From: Candidatus Heimdallarchaeota archaeon
Lineage (GTDB): Archaea; Asgardarchaeota; Heimdallarchaeia; Heimdallarchaeales; Heimdallarchaeaceae
Length of the DNA: 64,000 nucleotides
Direction: 5' to 3'
Assembly (NCBI GenBank): GCA_018238545.1
Contig: JABCTC010000002.1
Span: 78,423 to 142,422 of the forward strand
Numbering within the stretch: position 1 is the first letter of the stretch; each line of letters begins with the position of its first letter. The position numbers and the translations under genes were made by a program. The notes under the pieces are model-generated. The model saw only the letters and a list, made by a program, of their open reading frames with translations, was not told the origin of the DNA and did no database searches. Shown piece by piece: positions 1-10,265 of the stretch.

Positions 1-48
1 AGGACCTGCTCCAACTATTATTGCCTCAAAATCATATTCTTCGGACAT
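1..48 (-). CDS. 5' end of FAD-dependent oxidoreductase (FixC/ETF-QO or GGR-like), runs off window edge
   Basis: Reverse complement from ATG at 48 reads MSEEYDFEAIIVGAGP, the start of a Rossmann GxGxxG motif; same strand, downstream of etfBA. Not in ORF track. Confidence 0.7.
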   Translation of the reverse strand, partial: MSEEYDFEAIIVGAGP

Positions 49-102
49 ATGCTTTGAGCTCAAAATATTGATTTATAAATAAATCGACTTAACGAAAAAG
101 TG

Positions 103-798
103 TTAATCTTTCATATTGAGTCCATAACCCCAATTCCCGTCTTCATCATAATTGAAGGATTTAAACATGCCAAAAGCATTCCAAACCTCATCAAAAACAG
201 GTTGCATAAGTCGCGGTATGTTATCAACTTTGTTAATATCTTCAATGAAAATATCTTCTAATTTCAGATTTTCCTCTGAATATAAAGTAGGTTGAACACC
301 TAGAATTTCTTTATTTAATTTCATTGTGTAATCCTTAATCTGGGCAAAAGAGAGATACATGAATACTGGAGATTCTACACCAATCCTACGAAACACTTCA
401 AAATAATACGGGATAATTTTCAGTATTTCCTCTTCAAAAGCAATGCTAGGAATCTCTCTCTTTGAAACGATAGTTTTGATTAGACTGCCTTCAACAGCTT
501 CAATTATTCCTTTACGGTAAAGGTGAGCATATGATCTTGTATTCCCTTCCAAGTCTGTTGTATAGGTGAGAAAACCATCAAATGTGTGACTTGTTTCAAC
601 ACCAATAGATTTTATTGGAAGTAGATATTTTGGGTTCCTTTCTATAATTTCAATATTGTAATTAGGATCTATTGTCGACCGTCCCTCAGCTATTAGATGG
701 AGAATGATTTTTGCACCAGGAAGAAATCTTACTGGAGTGCGATTATTTTGTAATTCTTTTACTCTATCATTACGGAATATTCCATTCACAAATCTCAA
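103..798 (-). CDS. Hypothetical protein resembling the C-terminal region of AlbA_2/Schlafen-type proteins, without the N-terminal domain
   Basis: Segments FRNDRVKEL..TPV..AKIILHLI, FDG, LYRKGIIEAV and PVFDEVWNAFG recall such C-terminal regions; TTG start uncertain. Confidence 0.5.
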   Translation of the reverse strand: MRFVNGIFRNDRVKELQNNRTPVRFLPGAKIILHLIAEGRSTIDPNYNIEIIERNPKYLLPIKSIGVETSHTFDGFLTYTTDLEGNTRSYAHLYRKGIIEAVEGSLIKTIVSKREIPSIAFEEEILKIIPYYFEVFRRIGVESPVFMYLSFAQIKDYTMKLNKEILGVQPTLYSEENLKLEDIFIEDINKVDNIPRLMQPVFDEVWNAFGMFKSFNYDEDGNWGYGLNMKD

Positions 799-977
799 TC
801 CTTTTACTCTTTTTTAAATATCTTTTCTGCTGATGATACTATATTAGGACAGTTACTGAAGTACTATATTATGTTAGTGGAGATGGAATTTACTTTAAAG
901 AAATAAACTAGGCTTGGATAATCTAAATGAAATCTTTAGAGCTCAAAATAACTTGAAAAAAAAAGTTAGAAGAGAAT

Positions 978-1934
978 TTACTTTAATTTCTCTTTTAGGA
1001 TTGGTAGGATTGTATGCATGTCGCCGATGATGGCATAGTCTGCATAATTGATGATAGGTGCGCCTTCATCTGTATTAATGACAATTAGCGTTTTTGCCTT
1101 AACTCCAGACATATGTTGAGGCGCGCCTGAAATGCCAGCAGCAATATACAAATCAGGAGATACAGATTGACCAGTTTGACCTATTTCATAAGTCTCTTCA
1201 ACCCAATGAACGTCAGTGCAAGCTCTTGTAGCTCCTATTTGACCACCAAGTAAATCAGCTAATTCACGTATAATTTGGAAGTTTTCTTTACCTGCAACTC
1301 CACGACCTGCAGCTACTATTACTTTAGCATCTTTAAGATTTACAGTTCTTTCTGCTTTCTTGATCTCAATGTGTTTCACTAATCTGTCTGCATCATCAAA
1401 AGTAACAGAGACACTTGTGACTTCTGGGTTAGTTCCTGAAGGATTTTCATCTACAAAGAAAGCTCCTGGTCTAGATGTTGCAAAAGCAATATCACCAACT
1501 ACTTGTGTTATTTTCATCGCTTGGTCGTCTCTAACGGGAGTGTGAAAGTGTATATTGTCACCTTCAACCATGAAATCAACGAATCTCTGAGCACAAGAAG
1601 TATTACTTCTTACTGCCAATCTAGGAATCAAATCTTCTCCATAAACTGTTCCAGCTGCAACAACAAACCTTGGATTAACTTGGTTGATTATTTCCATCAT
1701 GACTTTTGTATATGTTGCACTTAGATATACTTCTAATTCAGGAGAAGTAACAGTAACGACTTGTTGAACACCATGTAATCCTAACTCTTGAATCCATTCG
1801 TCTTTCAGATCTTTTCCAAGAAGCGCTCCAATTATTTCAGCACCCTTAATGGTTGTTTTAATCTTGTTTAAAATTCCAAGAGTGTTTTCTTCGATTTTAT
1901 CATCTCTAATTTGGATAAATACTAATGTTTTCAT
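978..1934 (-). CDS. etfA: Electron transfer flavoprotein alpha subunit
   Basis: VIVAAGRG, GATRA, IGQTG, LYIAAGISGAPQH, INTD..API motifs. Confidence 0.95.
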   Translation of the reverse strand: MKTLVFIQIRDDKIEENTLGILNKIKTTIKGAEIIGALLGKDLKDEWIQELGLHGVQQVVTVTSPELEVYLSATYTKVMMEIINQVNPRFVVAAGTVYGEDLIPRLAVRSNTSCAQRFVDFMVEGDNIHFHTPVRDDQAMKITQVVGDIAFATSRPGAFFVDENPSGTNPEVTSVSVTFDDADRLVKHIEIKKAERTVNLKDAKVIVAAGRGVAGKENFQIIRELADLLGGQIGATRACTDVHWVEETYEIGQTGQSVSPDLYIAAGISGAPQHMSGVKAKTLIVINTDEGAPIINYADYAIIGDMHTILPILKEKLK

Positions 1935-1938
1935 TTTA

Positions 1939-2739
1939 TTACGCTCCTAATTTAATTTCATCTTCTTTTAATTTAGCAAGAAGTTTATCAACCATCTCTT
2001 CAGGTTCTCCTTCATTAATGAGGAAGGTTTCTTTCTCGATAACAATGTTCGTAAGTGATATTTGCTTCAAAGAAGCAGCATCTGCATTAACCTCACTGGT
2101 TTCTAATCCCAAATCCGCAGCAGACCAAACAGGTATTACTGCTTTCTTAGCGGCAAGAATTCCTCTCATTGTTGTATATCGAGGAATAAAATATTGACTG
2201 TCACTGCAACTTACTAGTGCTTTTTGAGGGACTTCAACAATTTTCTTTCCACCTTCTAGAACATGCCCTATTCTAAAACCTGAGTCTATAATTTCCATTT
2301 CTTCAGCGGTTAAAACGCTAGGAATATTCAACATTTCAGCTAGCATTGCTGGTGCAGCATAAGAACTAGAAGATTGTTCTTCCACTCCAAGTAGAATCAG
2401 ATCATAATCACCGATTTTATCCAATGCTTTGGCATAAATTTTGCTTAAAAGATATGGATCATCTGTGTAAAAAGCTTCATCAGCTATTTCTATTGCATTT
2501 GTGCAACCCATAGCAATTGCTTCTTTGAGAGCTTTGTTTGGTTTAATGCCTCTCACACAGACTGCTGTGACCTCAGCGCCTTGGCTGTCTTTGAGTTTTA
2601 AAGCTCCTTCAATTGCATTTTTGCCTGTTGGGTTGATCACCAAATCATCATCACTTACTCGTGAAGCGTCAAAGTAATCTACACCCTGTAATTTTACTTG
2701 AGTGCTTACTATTTGCTGTATAAAAACAACGATTTTCAT
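1939..2739 (-). CDS. etfB: Electron transfer flavoprotein beta subunit
   Basis: MKIVVF, INP..KNAIE.AL, AIAMG, PRY.T.RGI.AAKK; 4-bp gap to etfA. Confidence 0.93.
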   Translation of the reverse strand: MKIVVFIQQIVSTQVKLQGVDYFDASRVSDDDLVINPTGKNAIEGALKLKDSQGAEVTAVCVRGIKPNKALKEAIAMGCTNAIEIADEAFYTDDPYLLSKIYAKALDKIGDYDLILLGVEEQSSSSYAAPAMLAEMLNIPSVLTAEEMEIIDSGFRIGHVLEGGKKIVEVPQKALVSCSDSQYFIPRYTTMRGILAAKKAVIPVWSAADLGLETSEVNADAASLKQISLTNIVIEKETFLINEGEPEEMVDKLLAKLKEDEIKLGA

Positions 2740-2870
2740 ATTACTCAGAGTGTCTGAAGTTACGTGTTAAATAAACATTACGTCCTTTCGGAAAATCAAT
2801 AATGAGAAAACAGAAGAATTAAGAGGAAAAATGTTAAAAGTTAGTATAACTTACAATCAGTGGTATCGAA

Positions 2871-3929
2871 ATGAAAATAGACAAAGAAAGCGTTATTCAA
2901 ACACAAATAGAATTGAGCAATTTAATTGGCGTTCCAGGGCATGAAGAGGAAGTAGCTGAATATTTACTCATGAAACTTGAACATTTAAACGTTGACAAAG
3001 CTTGGATTGACCCTTTGGGGAATGTTTTAGCAATTAAAGAAGGTACCGACTCTAATGGTTTAAGAATATTATTGGATGCACATATTGACGAAGTAGGTTT
3101 TATGATAAGTCATATCGATGATAAGGGCTTTATCACCATTGAAACTCTAGGTGGGATTGATAAAAGATTGATGTTAGGAGCATTAATTCAGTTCAAGTCT
3201 GAGGGTCAACAAAGGATAATTGGAGTAGTTGGAGCGTCCCCTCCTCATATTACTAAGTCTGAGGATAGAGAAAAAGTACCAGATATCAATCAAATGTTTG
3301 TGGATATTGGTTGTGATTCATATGATGAAGTTAGACAAAAAGATCTAGATATTGGATCAGTAGGTGCCTTCTATACGGAATGCAAAAAACTCAATGATGA
3401 CACCTTATTAGGCAAAGCATTTGATGATAGAACTGCATGCAATGTAATCTTACACACACTAGAAAAACTGAAAGATGAACCAATAAAAAATACAATCTTA
3501 GTTAATTTTGCTGTTCAGGAAGAAGTAGGTGGAAGAGGAGCTAGAGTCGGTGCTTATTCTTTAGAACCAAGCATAGCTCTAGCACTTGAAAATACCATAG
3601 CTAGTGATGTTCCTGGTGTCCCTCCACAGAAAATTATTACTACAATTGGTAATGGACCTGCAATAACAGCAGCTGATAGATCTCTAATAGTTCCAAAAAA
3701 AATACTGGATAGGATAAAGAAAGCTGCTGAAGAGCTAGGCATTAGTTGGCAATATAAAAAACCAATCTATGGTGGTACTGATGCAGGAGTGATATCTGTA
3801 AGTAAATCAGGTATTCCATCAGGAGTTATTTCTGTACCATGCCGTTATATACATTCAAACGCGGGGTTACTAAAAGTGGAAGATATACTAAAGACCATTG
3901 AACTTGTTACAAAATTCCTGAAATTGTGA
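2871..3929 (+). CDS. M42 family (TET-like) aminopeptidase
   Basis: DAHIDEVG, KAFDDR, QEEVG, GGTDAG, RYIHS metal-binding motifs. Confidence 0.95.
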   Translation: MKIDKESVIQTQIELSNLIGVPGHEEEVAEYLLMKLEHLNVDKAWIDPLGNVLAIKEGTDSNGLRILLDAHIDEVGFMISHIDDKGFITIETLGGIDKRLMLGALIQFKSEGQQRIIGVVGASPPHITKSEDREKVPDINQMFVDIGCDSYDEVRQKDLDIGSVGAFYTECKKLNDDTLLGKAFDDRTACNVILHTLEKLKDEPIKNTILVNFAVQEEVGGRGARVGAYSLEPSIALALENTIASDVPGVPPQKIITTIGNGPAITAADRSLIVPKKILDRIKKAAEELGISWQYKKPIYGGTDAGVISVSKSGIPSGVISVPCRYIHSNAGLLKVEDILKTIELVTKFLKL

Positions 3930-3935
3930 TTAAGT

Positions 3936-4511
3936 CTAATTTTCTTTATATTTTTCTTCAAATTCATCTTGTAGAATATCCATTACTATCATATCATAGT
4001 ACTTTCCTTGTACGAAAAACACTTCTCTTTTTCTTCCAACTTCTTTCCAACCAAGTTTTTTGTAAACATGAATGGCTCTTTCGTTGTAGTGAAAAACTCC
4101 AAGTTCTATTCTATGAAGGTTAAGCACCCGAAAACCGAATTTCATGAGGCAAATCGTGGCATCTGTTCCATATCCTTTATCAAAATTTTCTGGATTATGG
4201 ATGCCTATTCCAAGCGATGCTGTTCTGGAAGTCGCTTTAATTTCCTCTATACCGCAAGTTCCTATCAATTCACCTGTTTCTTTATGTTCAATAACAAATG
4301 TATAACCTATGCCTTTTTTGGTTCTTTCAATCGTACTGTTTATCCAATCCTCTTCCATTTTATAGGAGATTGGAATAATAAAACCTAACCCAATTCTGGT
4401 TTGATAATTATTGAAATATTTCATTATGTCGTTTATATCTGTAACCTCTAGAGCTCTTAGTTTCACTTTGTCACCGATAAATGGAGAACGAATATTATAA
4501 ATATCTGACAT
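3936..4511 (-). CDS. GNAT N-acetyltransferase, RimJ/RimL family
   Basis: KGYGTDA, LNLHRIEL, NERAIHVYKKLGW; ATG at 4511 preferred to TTG at 4517. Confidence 0.9.
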   Translation of the reverse strand: MSDIYNIRSPFIGDKVKLRALEVTDINDIMKYFNNYQTRIGLGFIIPISYKMEEDWINSTIERTKKGIGYTFVIEHKETGELIGTCGIEEIKATSRTASLGIGIHNPENFDKGYGTDATICLMKFGFRVLNLHRIELGVFHYNERAIHVYKKLGWKEVGRKREVFFVQGKYYDMIVMDILQDEFEEKYKEN

Positions 4512-4664
4512 TATCAACCCTTTTCATCTAATATCTTAAGAATATTTAGTTAAAGAAGAAACCATATTCTAATGTGATTTAATAATATACGTAAACCACT
4601 GTTTATATATCTGAATTTTAGGTGTTAGTATATATAAGCAAAGAAAAGAGTGACAGGTATTAGT

Positions 4665-7600
4665 ATGAGCTATATCAACATTTTATTACAGAAAACGTTC
4701 AAAAGAAGAATAGGAAAAAATGTAGGAACTCTAGTAGCTATAGCTCTTGGTGTCTCCTTAATGGTGGGAGTCCAAATAACAATAACAAGTTTTTCCACAA
4801 CAGCTATAGATTTCTTTGTAGAGGCTATAGGTGAAAACGACATAATAATCAGCGGATTAGGATTTCCTATAACAGATTATGAGTCTATTATTGAACAAAT
4901 TGATGATTCGACGATTGAGTATGCAGCTATTAATGCACGTGTTACGCAAGATGTGGCAGCATACAATCTTGAATCAGGTATTTTAGAGAAAGGTGTGAGT
5001 TTTACGGGTGTTGAGTTAAACGAGGATCCTGTATTCGGGAAGTTTTATGATGAAGAGGGTAAAGAAATTAATAGAGTTCAATTAATGAATCTCTTCGAAA
5101 ATGAATCTCATGTTCTTATTGGTTATAGTTTAAAAGATGAACTCAATGTAACTGTCGGATCTGACATAAAAATTCGGATTGGCGAATTTGATGGATTCAT
5201 ATTTAATTATATCACCCATGATCTGAAAGTTGCAGGTTTTGTTAGTAATGAAGGGAAAGGGAAAGACTTTGGTGGATGGGCTATCTGGACAAGTATAGAT
5301 AATATCAGATCACTTATTGGTTTTGCTCAAAATGACTGTACAGAAATAAACATCGCTCTAAGTTCAAATCATAAGAAAAATCCTATAGACAATGAGTATG
5401 CAATACAGATTGAAGAAGAACTTAAGATTCTACTGGATGCTGAAAATACAGGTTTGTTGATAATTGCATTTCGAGCTTTACTGCTGGATACTGCTGATGA
5501 AATAATATCTAATGTCTTGATTGCTTTTAACCTCTTTGGAGCTCTAATAGTCTTCTCAGGTGTTTTACTTCTTGTAAATATTCAACTAATTCAAGTTGAA
5601 GATAGAATACAGCAGCTTGGAATCTTAAGAGCTATCGGTTCTAGACGAAGAGAAATTATCAGATTGTTTCTGGTCGAATCAACTATATTAGGTGTTATTG
5701 GTTCATTTCTTGGTGTAGGAGGGGGATACATAATGTCCATTTTTCTTGTGAATAGAATAGGCAAAACATTCTTTGATACCTCAATAGGATTACAACCCAT
5801 AGTAACAGGAGGAGCGGTAATATATTCAATCGTCCTTGGATTGATACTGGCAGTAGGTGCAGGAATACTCCCAGCAATACGCGCTGCTAGAGTTGATGTA
5901 ATAGAGGTAATAAGAGGCATAAAGAAAACAACAAGAAAAAGGTCAGGCAATTTCATAATGGGATTAGGGTTTGCATTCGTAATGGCAGGTATAGCTATTT
6001 TCGCAGCCCAAATGATTGTTTATGATTCTTTGTTTACCACGTCTGGATGGGACACAGCTGTAGAACAATGGATGTTTATGGGTGGATCAGTTGGATTATT
6101 TGTAGGTATAAGTCTCTTGCTGGGATATGTAATTTCTAAAAAGGTTATGGGAAATGGGATTGGGTTGGCATTTATTGGAACTTCAGTATTAATGCTCATA
6201 TTCTCCTTACCACAATTAAAAGATGCAGCTGAAAATAGCAAAATTTTAGCTACCTTGGCAGTTGTATTAGCTCTAGGGTCTATTATCTGGGTAGGAGTTA
6301 ACCTAAGAACTGTTACTAATTTCATTAGAGGTGTAATGTATAAAACGAAATTAAAGAAAGGGGTTTCTCTAATTGCGAGTAAGTACATGACCTCAAAATC
6401 AATGAGAAGTACACTTACTTTTGGTATTTTTGCACTTGTTCTCACCATGAATATCTTTGCTGGGATCTATCAATCTACTTATTCTTATAACACTCTTGAA
6501 TCAGTTGAATTTTTGAGCGGTGGCGCGTCAATATTCTTAGAGTTAGACACTCCAATTTCCAATGATAGTCTTGTTAACGTTGAGCAAGATCTTTATGCTG
6601 TTGATGAGGCAATAACTAATGTAAAAGGTATAAATTCTACGATAGCATTTATTCAGGTTGATCCGGAGGTAAGTGACTTGCACATTCCGGCGGATATATT
6701 TCCAACTTACGTAAACATGATCTTTAATGACACATTAAAGGATGGAGATGAATACGTATTTGATTTTATGTTTGATCTCTCATTGCCGTTTTTCTTTGAT
6801 GATTACAAGCCTGCAGCTGCAGAAGAGTATCAGAGACAATACAGTCACAATATATGGGATTTCTTCTATAATAGGACTAAATTTAGTGTTGATGGTTCTT
6901 CAATAGATAATGAAAATGGTTTGCTTACCGTAATCTCTACAAGTCCTATGCTAGCGGCAGGGGACAGGTTTAACCTCACTGGTTTATTTACAAATCCAAC
7001 TGAAGTAATTGTTATCGCAACTGTAAGACAATACCCATTCAGCCAATCTAGAGGGCTGCCTGCTCTATTGATAACTCCGGATTTTCTAGGAAAATTAAGT
7101 TACAATTTTGCTTTATTCCCAAAACATACAAGGTTTTTAATTAGTACTTCTGAGGATTTTAGAGAAGGAGAAAATACGAGAATAGCAACGAAAATCGAGG
7201 GATTCTTTAACAGCAATACTTCTGTCCTGGTCCAAAACGAGGATTTTGTAGCAGCATCTGCATATAATGTATGGGATGTGATGTTAGAACTAGTTGACTT
7301 TCAAGTTAGAACCTTTGACTTCCTCCAATACTTTGTAGGTTTTGGGTTAATTGTTGGAGCTCTTGGAATGATAATTATTGCAGTAAGAAATGTTTCAGAA
7401 AGAAGAAGAGAAATTGGGATGATGAGAGCGATAGGATATAAGAAAAGACAAATAATTGCTTCAATAATGATAGAGCTCCTCATTCTAGCTTTTCTGGGAC
7501 TTATAATTGGCTTTCTAAATAGTGTTATTCTAGGATTGTCCTTTGCGATTGTGTACGATTGGTTACTAATAATACCTGCAACGAGAGTATTACTTTATAC

Positions 7601-7697
7601 AGGAATAATGATAGGAATAGCGATTGTAGCTTCAATTTTACCTGGAATAAGAGCAAGTCAAATAACTCCAGCTGAAGCAATAAGATATGTAGGGTGA
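4665..7697 (+). CDS. FtsX/MacB-type ABC permease with duplicated FtsX domains
   Basis: Two copies of (E/D)RxxxxGxxRAIG (EDRIQQLGILRAIG; ERRREIGMMRAIG), large extracellular loops; ATG 4665 or GTG 4650. Confidence 0.92.
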   Translation: MSYINILLQKTFKRRIGKNVGTLVAIALGVSLMVGVQITITSFSTTAIDFFVEAIGENDIIISGLGFPITDYESIIEQIDDSTIEYAAINARVTQDVAAYNLESGILEKGVSFTGVELNEDPVFGKFYDEEGKEINRVQLMNLFENESHVLIGYSLKDELNVTVGSDIKIRIGEFDGFIFNYITHDLKVAGFVSNEGKGKDFGGWAIWTSIDNIRSLIGFAQNDCTEINIALSSNHKKNPIDNEYAIQIEEELKILLDAENTGLLIIAFRALLLDTADEIISNVLIAFNLFGALIVFSGVLLLVNIQLIQVEDRIQQLGILRAIGSRRREIIRLFLVESTILGVIGSFLGVGGGYIMSIFLVNRIGKTFFDTSIGLQPIVTGGAVIYSIVLGLILAVGAGILPAIRAARVDVIEVIRGIKKTTRKRSGNFIMGLGFAFVMAGIAIFAAQMIVYDSLFTTSGWDTAVEQWMFMGGSVGLFVGISLLLGYVISKKVMGNGIGLAFIGTSVLMLIFSLPQLKDAAENSKILATLAVVLALGSIIWVGVNLRTVTNFIRGVMYKTKLKKGVSLIASKYMTSKSMRSTLTFGIFALVLTMNIFAGIYQSTYSYNTLESVEFLSGGASIFLELDTPISNDSLVNVEQDLYAVDEAITNVKGINSTIAFIQVDPEVSDLHIPADIFPTYVNMIFNDTLKDGDEYVFDFMFDLSLPFFFDDYKPAAAEEYQRQYSHNIWDFFYNRTKFSVDGSSIDNENGLLTVISTSPMLAAGDRFNLTGLFTNPTEVIVIATVRQYPFSQSRGLPALLITPDFLGKLSYNFALFPKHTRFLISTSEDFREGENTRIATKIEGFFNSNTSVLVQNEDFVAASAYNVWDVMLELVDFQVRTFDFLQYFVGFGLIVGALGMIIIAVRNVSERRREIGMMRAIGYKKRQIIASIMIELLILAFLGLIIGFLNSVILGLSFAIVYDWLLIIPATRVLLYTGIMIGIAIVASILPGIRASQITPAEAIRYVG

Positions 7698-7701
7698 TAA
7701 G

Positions 7702-8403
7702 ATGGAAGATGAAATTATACTCAAAACAGAAAACCTGCATAAAATATATGCTGAAGACACTTCTATGGAAGTACATGCTTTACGAGGAGTAAATATTGAG
7801 ATTAAAAAAGGTGAGATGGTTGCGTTTATGGGTCCGTCAGGATGTGGTAAAACTACTCTCTTAAACCTTCTAGGTGGTATTGATAAACCGACACGCGGTC
7901 AAATTTTCATCAATGGTCAAGACATTAATGAATTATTGGATACTGAGATAACAGATTTCAGATTACACAATATCGGTTACATCTTCCAACTATTCAATCT
8001 CTTCGAATTCTTATCTGCACTTGAAAACACAGTGTTACCTCTGCTTCTAACTGATACAACTAAATTGGAGGCTGAAGAAGAGGCTAAGATGCTTTTGCGA
8101 CAAATGGGATTAGGTGATAAAATTTATCATCTTCCCAATGAATTATCAGGTGGAGAGCAACAAAGAGTCGCTGTTTCCAGAGCTCTTCTGATGAACCCAT
8201 CTATAATCTTAGGGGATGAACCTACAGGGGATTTGGATCAAGAAACATCATCGGATATTATGAACCTCTTTGTTTCCATAAATGAAAACTATAAACAAAC
8301 ATTTCTCATAGTTACACATTCTGAACATATTGCCCAATTCTGTCATAGAACCATAAGGATAATTGATGGTGAAATAGTGGAATCTGGAAAGGAGGGATTA
8401 TAA
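7702..8403 (+). CDS. ABC ATP-binding protein, LolD/MacB-like
   Basis: GPSGCGKT, LSGGEQQR, ILGDEPTG, VTH. Confidence 0.95.
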   Translation: MEDEIILKTENLHKIYAEDTSMEVHALRGVNIEIKKGEMVAFMGPSGCGKTTLLNLLGGIDKPTRGQIFINGQDINELLDTEITDFRLHNIGYIFQLFNLFEFLSALENTVLPLLLTDTTKLEAEEEAKMLLRQMGLGDKIYHLPNELSGGEQQRVAVSRALLMNPSIILGDEPTGDLDQETSSDIMNLFVSINENYKQTFLIVTHSEHIAQFCHRTIRIIDGEIVESGKEGL

Positions 8404-10265
8404 TGCTAAATGAACAAATAGAGAAATATAGCACTCAAGAATTAAATGTTGAACTAACTCTAGGTATTCTTATCAACAAACTAAATAGAGATTCTCTAGA
8501 TGTTTTAATAAGAAAACTAAGAACATATATCCTTCGTAAACTACGTGCAAAATCATTTGAAATTCTTGAAGTTAATACCTTTCTTTTCTTCAGTTGTAGT
8601 TTCCCATTATCAAAGGTAGAACAACAAGACCAGAGAAAATATGTGGTAAATAAAGTAGAAACAATAGTTCAAAATTATTGCAACAATGAATGTGATATAT
8701 ATTCCAAAACCATACAGAAAAACGTAGAAATTAAAGATATTACAAAAATGATAGTGCAGCTAGTTAAAAGCTCAAAAACTCTGGAGAGAGCGGCTCTAAT
8801 TAGACATATTGAGAACCAAGCAGATGACATAGATTTTAGAGTTGTTGGGCACGTTAGTGATGTTCTGTTAAACAGCTTTATTGCAATCTGGGATTTCCCT
8901 CAAGGTTATGAAGATATTATTATGTTCCCTGATTTGATTCTTAAACGAGAGATATCAGATAAGAAAAGTAATTTACCACTTAAATTGATAGCTGGAAACC
9001 TTCTGATTATGCAATTTGGTAAAATCTGTTCACTCAACTTAAATTCCATCTTAGCATCAAATGAAGAAGCATTAATGTCACTAGACTTGGTTCTACAAGA
9101 TTCAAAGAGAGTTCAAGAAATTGAAAATCAGATGAGTGATAAATTATGGAGAGTTCTTAGAGTAATTTTTGGTTTACTCTCTTCTACTCAACAAGCTATT
9201 TCTATACTATTAAAACAACTAAAACGAATATCAGAAGTAAGAGACGAGCTGGTTGAAGATGTTAAGCAATTAGATTATGGACCTTTAATGGATTATATTA
9301 TGTTCATAGATACAACAATGAATTGTGCAGAAAACATTTTGAGATTGAATAATCTCCAAGATAATGTCAAGCGAAACTATCAATCCTTGCTGAAAATCAT
9401 TAATAAATTCAAGGATGTTCAAAACAAAGAAATAGATGATATCCATGACCTGGCTCAAATTTTTATCCAAACGCTTACCGAAATTCAGTTGATGAAATTC
9501 TTCTCTGACAAATTTAGGGATCTTGCTTATTTCCAAAACGTTCCTACAGAAGTAGCTCTAGAAAAAATAGATGCTATATCAATTGAGAAAGATGAAATTC
9601 TAAAAGGTGTATCTCTGTTCAAGACATATATTCTAAAGAATTCAACAGTTTACGCACTACGTGGAGTTGATATAGAAATTAGAAAGGGAGAAATGGTAGC
9701 GATCGTAGGAGCATCAGGAAGTGGAAAAACTACTCTCTTAAATCTACTTTCAGGATTAGATACACCAAATCGAGGTGCAGCATTTCTGTTAGGAAAAAAC
9801 ATTGATACCATGACAGATGCAGAAGTTTCAATGTTCAGAAGAAGAAACATGGGTTTTATTTTCCAATACTATAATTTAATACCTCAGTTGACAGTGCTTG
9901 AAAATGTTATGCTTCCTGCTTTGATGATTAATCGCCCGAAGAAAGAAGCAAAGGAAAGAGCACTTGAGCTAATAAAGGAAGTGGGATTAGAAAGGTTTCA
10001 AAATCAGTTTCCAATTAAGCTTTCTGGGGGACAGATGCAACGAGTCACAATTGCTAGGGCAATGATAAATGATCCTGCAGTAATTTTTGCCGATGAGCCA
10101 ACAGGAGACCTTGATTCTCAAACAGGAAAAGTTGTTATTGATTTAATCAGAAGATTTTCAAAAGAGAAAAACACTGCAGTAATCATAGTGACGCATGATA
10201 TTGCAATGGCTAAAACATGTGATCGCATGATTCAAATAGGCGATGGAAAAGTTATTTCAGACTAG
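8403..10265 (+). CDS. LolD-like ABC ATPase fused to a ~390-aa N-terminal helical domain
   Basis: C-terminal [27 protein letters not shown]; N-terminal part not recognised; TAATG overlap with previous gene. Confidence 0.85.
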   Translation: MLNEQIEKYSTQELNVELTLGILINKLNRDSLDVLIRKLRTYILRKLRAKSFEILEVNTFLFFSCSFPLSKVEQQDQRKYVVNKVETIVQNYCNNECDIYSKTIQKNVEIKDITKMIVQLVKSSKTLERAALIRHIENQADDIDFRVVGHVSDVLLNSFIAIWDFPQGYEDIIMFPDLILKREISDKKSNLPLKLIAGNLLIMQFGKICSLNLNSILASNEEALMSLDLVLQDSKRVQEIENQMSDKLWRVLRVIFGLLSSTQQAISILLKQLKRISEVRDELVEDVKQLDYGPLMDYIMFIDTTMNCAENILRLNNLQDNVKRNYQSLLKIINKFKDVQNKEIDDIHDLAQIFIQTLTEIQLMKFFSDKFRDLAYFQNVPTEVALEKIDAISIEKDEILKGVSLFKTYILKNSTVYALRGVDIEIRKGEMVAIVGASGSGKTTLLNLLSGLDTPNRGAAFLLGKNIDTMTDAEVSMFRRRNMGFIFQYYNLIPQLTVLENVMLPALMINRPKKEAKERALELIKEVGLERFQNQFPIKLSGGQMQRVTIARAMINDPAVIFADEPTGDLDSQTGKVVIDLIRRFSKEKNTAVIIVTHDIAMAKTCDRMIQIGDGKVISD

